The notes under the pieces: model-generated
Databases searched by the model: none
Told to the model about the DNA's origin: nothing
What the model saw: only the letters and a program-made list of their open reading frames with translations
Origin: Stegostoma tigrinum
Lineage: Eukaryota
Reading direction: 5' to 3'
Assembly: GCF_030684315.1 (NCBI RefSeq)
Contig: NC_081395.1
Coordinates: forward strand, 5,648,478-5,712,477
DNA length: 64,000 nucleotides
Program-made: the position numbers and the translations under genes
Shown: piece after piece, positions 63,060-64,000 of the stretch
Numbering within the stretch: position 1 is the first letter of the stretch
Layout: each line of letters starts with the position of its first letter

Positions 63060-64000
63060 GTGTGTCTTGACAAGGTTGCTAAATAAGTAAGAGCCCATGA
63101 TGTTAAGGGTAAGGTACTAGCATCGATAAATGATTGGCTGACTGACAGAGAGTGGGGATAAAGGGGTCTTTTGGTGACTAGTGGAGTTCTGCAGTTGTCA
63201 GTGTTGGGACCACTCCTGTTGGGCAGTGCAGTGGCTCAGTGGTTAGCGCTGCTGCCTCAGGTTCAATTCTAGCCTTGTGCGACTGTGTCTGTTTGGAATT
63301 TACATGTTCTCCCTGTGTCTGTGTGGTTTTTTTTCAAGGTGTTCTGGTTTTCTCCCACAATCCAAAGATGTGCGAGTTAGGTGAATTGACCATACAAAAA
63401 AAAATTGCCCCATAGTGTCCTAGGATCTATGGATGAGCCATGGATTAGGTAAAAATCCCATGTGGGTTTACAGGATGGATGTCTGGTTGGGATGCTCTTT
63501 GGAGGGTCAGTGCAGATCCGGTGGGCCAAGTAGCTTCTCTCCGCACTAGGGATTGTATATTTATGTTAAGCATTAATAATCCAAACAAAGGAACTGAAGG
63601 CATTTTCGCTAAGTTTGGCAGGACATGTAGTATTGAGAAAGTGGAAAGGCTGCAGAAAGACAGGCTAGGACTTTAGGCAAAGAAGTGGTGGATGGAGTAC
63701 AAAGTGAGGTAAGTATGAGGTTATGCACTTTATTAGGAAGAATAGAGGTGCAGATTATTTTCTAAAGAGGGAAAGGCTTCGGAAATCCCAGTTCAAGATT
63801 CTTTTCAGGTTAACATGCAGGTTCATTTGGCAGTTAAAAATCAAATGCAAGTTAGGTTTCATTTTGAGAGGGCTAGAATATGAAAGCAAGGATGTACTAC
63901 TGAAGCTGTATAAAGCACCAATCAGACATTATTTAGAATATAATGAGCAGTTTTGAGTCCTGTATCTACGGAACATTATGCTGGCTTTGGAGGGGGTCCA
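63060..64000 (+). mobile_element. CR1-type LINE RT fragment interrupted by an HE1-like SINE (63221-63555)
   Basis: LGFILRGLEYESKDVLLKLYKA.IR..LEY..QF remnant; SINE head gggcagtgcagtggctcagtggttagcgctgctgcctca. Confidence 0.8.

Noticed and set aside
63221-63300. tRNA-like sequence with A/B boxes (also at about 4104 and 2270-2330)
   Set aside because: Heads of tRNA-derived SINEs; no complete cloverleaf.

Overview
This is vertebrate genomic DNA, most likely from a cartilaginous fish: the repeats resemble shark HE1 SINEs, CR1/HER1 LINEs and Penelope-like elements (PLEs), which is an inference. I reconstructed three spliced genes by hand from GT-AG boundaries and reading-frame continuity. (1) A Speedy/RINGO CDK activator on the minus strand (SPDYC-type core, coding exons from 13288 down to 1403, 3' end unresolved). 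(2) A complete SYVN1/HRD1 ERAD E3 ligase on the plus strand (15 coding exons, 20298-48727, 624 aa), head-to-head with Speedy across a shared CpG island carrying three RFX X-boxes and a perfect ERSE. (3) The 5' part of a PRPF39-like U1 snRNP gene (exon 1 at 55250-55331, exon 2 at 60712-62228) whose N-terminus holds about 21 tandem 16-aa acidic SPGPCD repeats. Introns are dense in SINE/LINE fragments and PLE derivatives carrying minimal hammerhead-ribozyme cores. The most notable observations are the repeat-expanded PRPF39 at the SYVN1 locus, a possible ATF4-like uORF layout in the SYVN1 leader, a 36-bp hairpin in the SYVN1 3' region, and nested hammerhead-bearing PLE insertions with target-site duplications (TSDs). 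A 180-nt assembly gap lies at 48824-49003.
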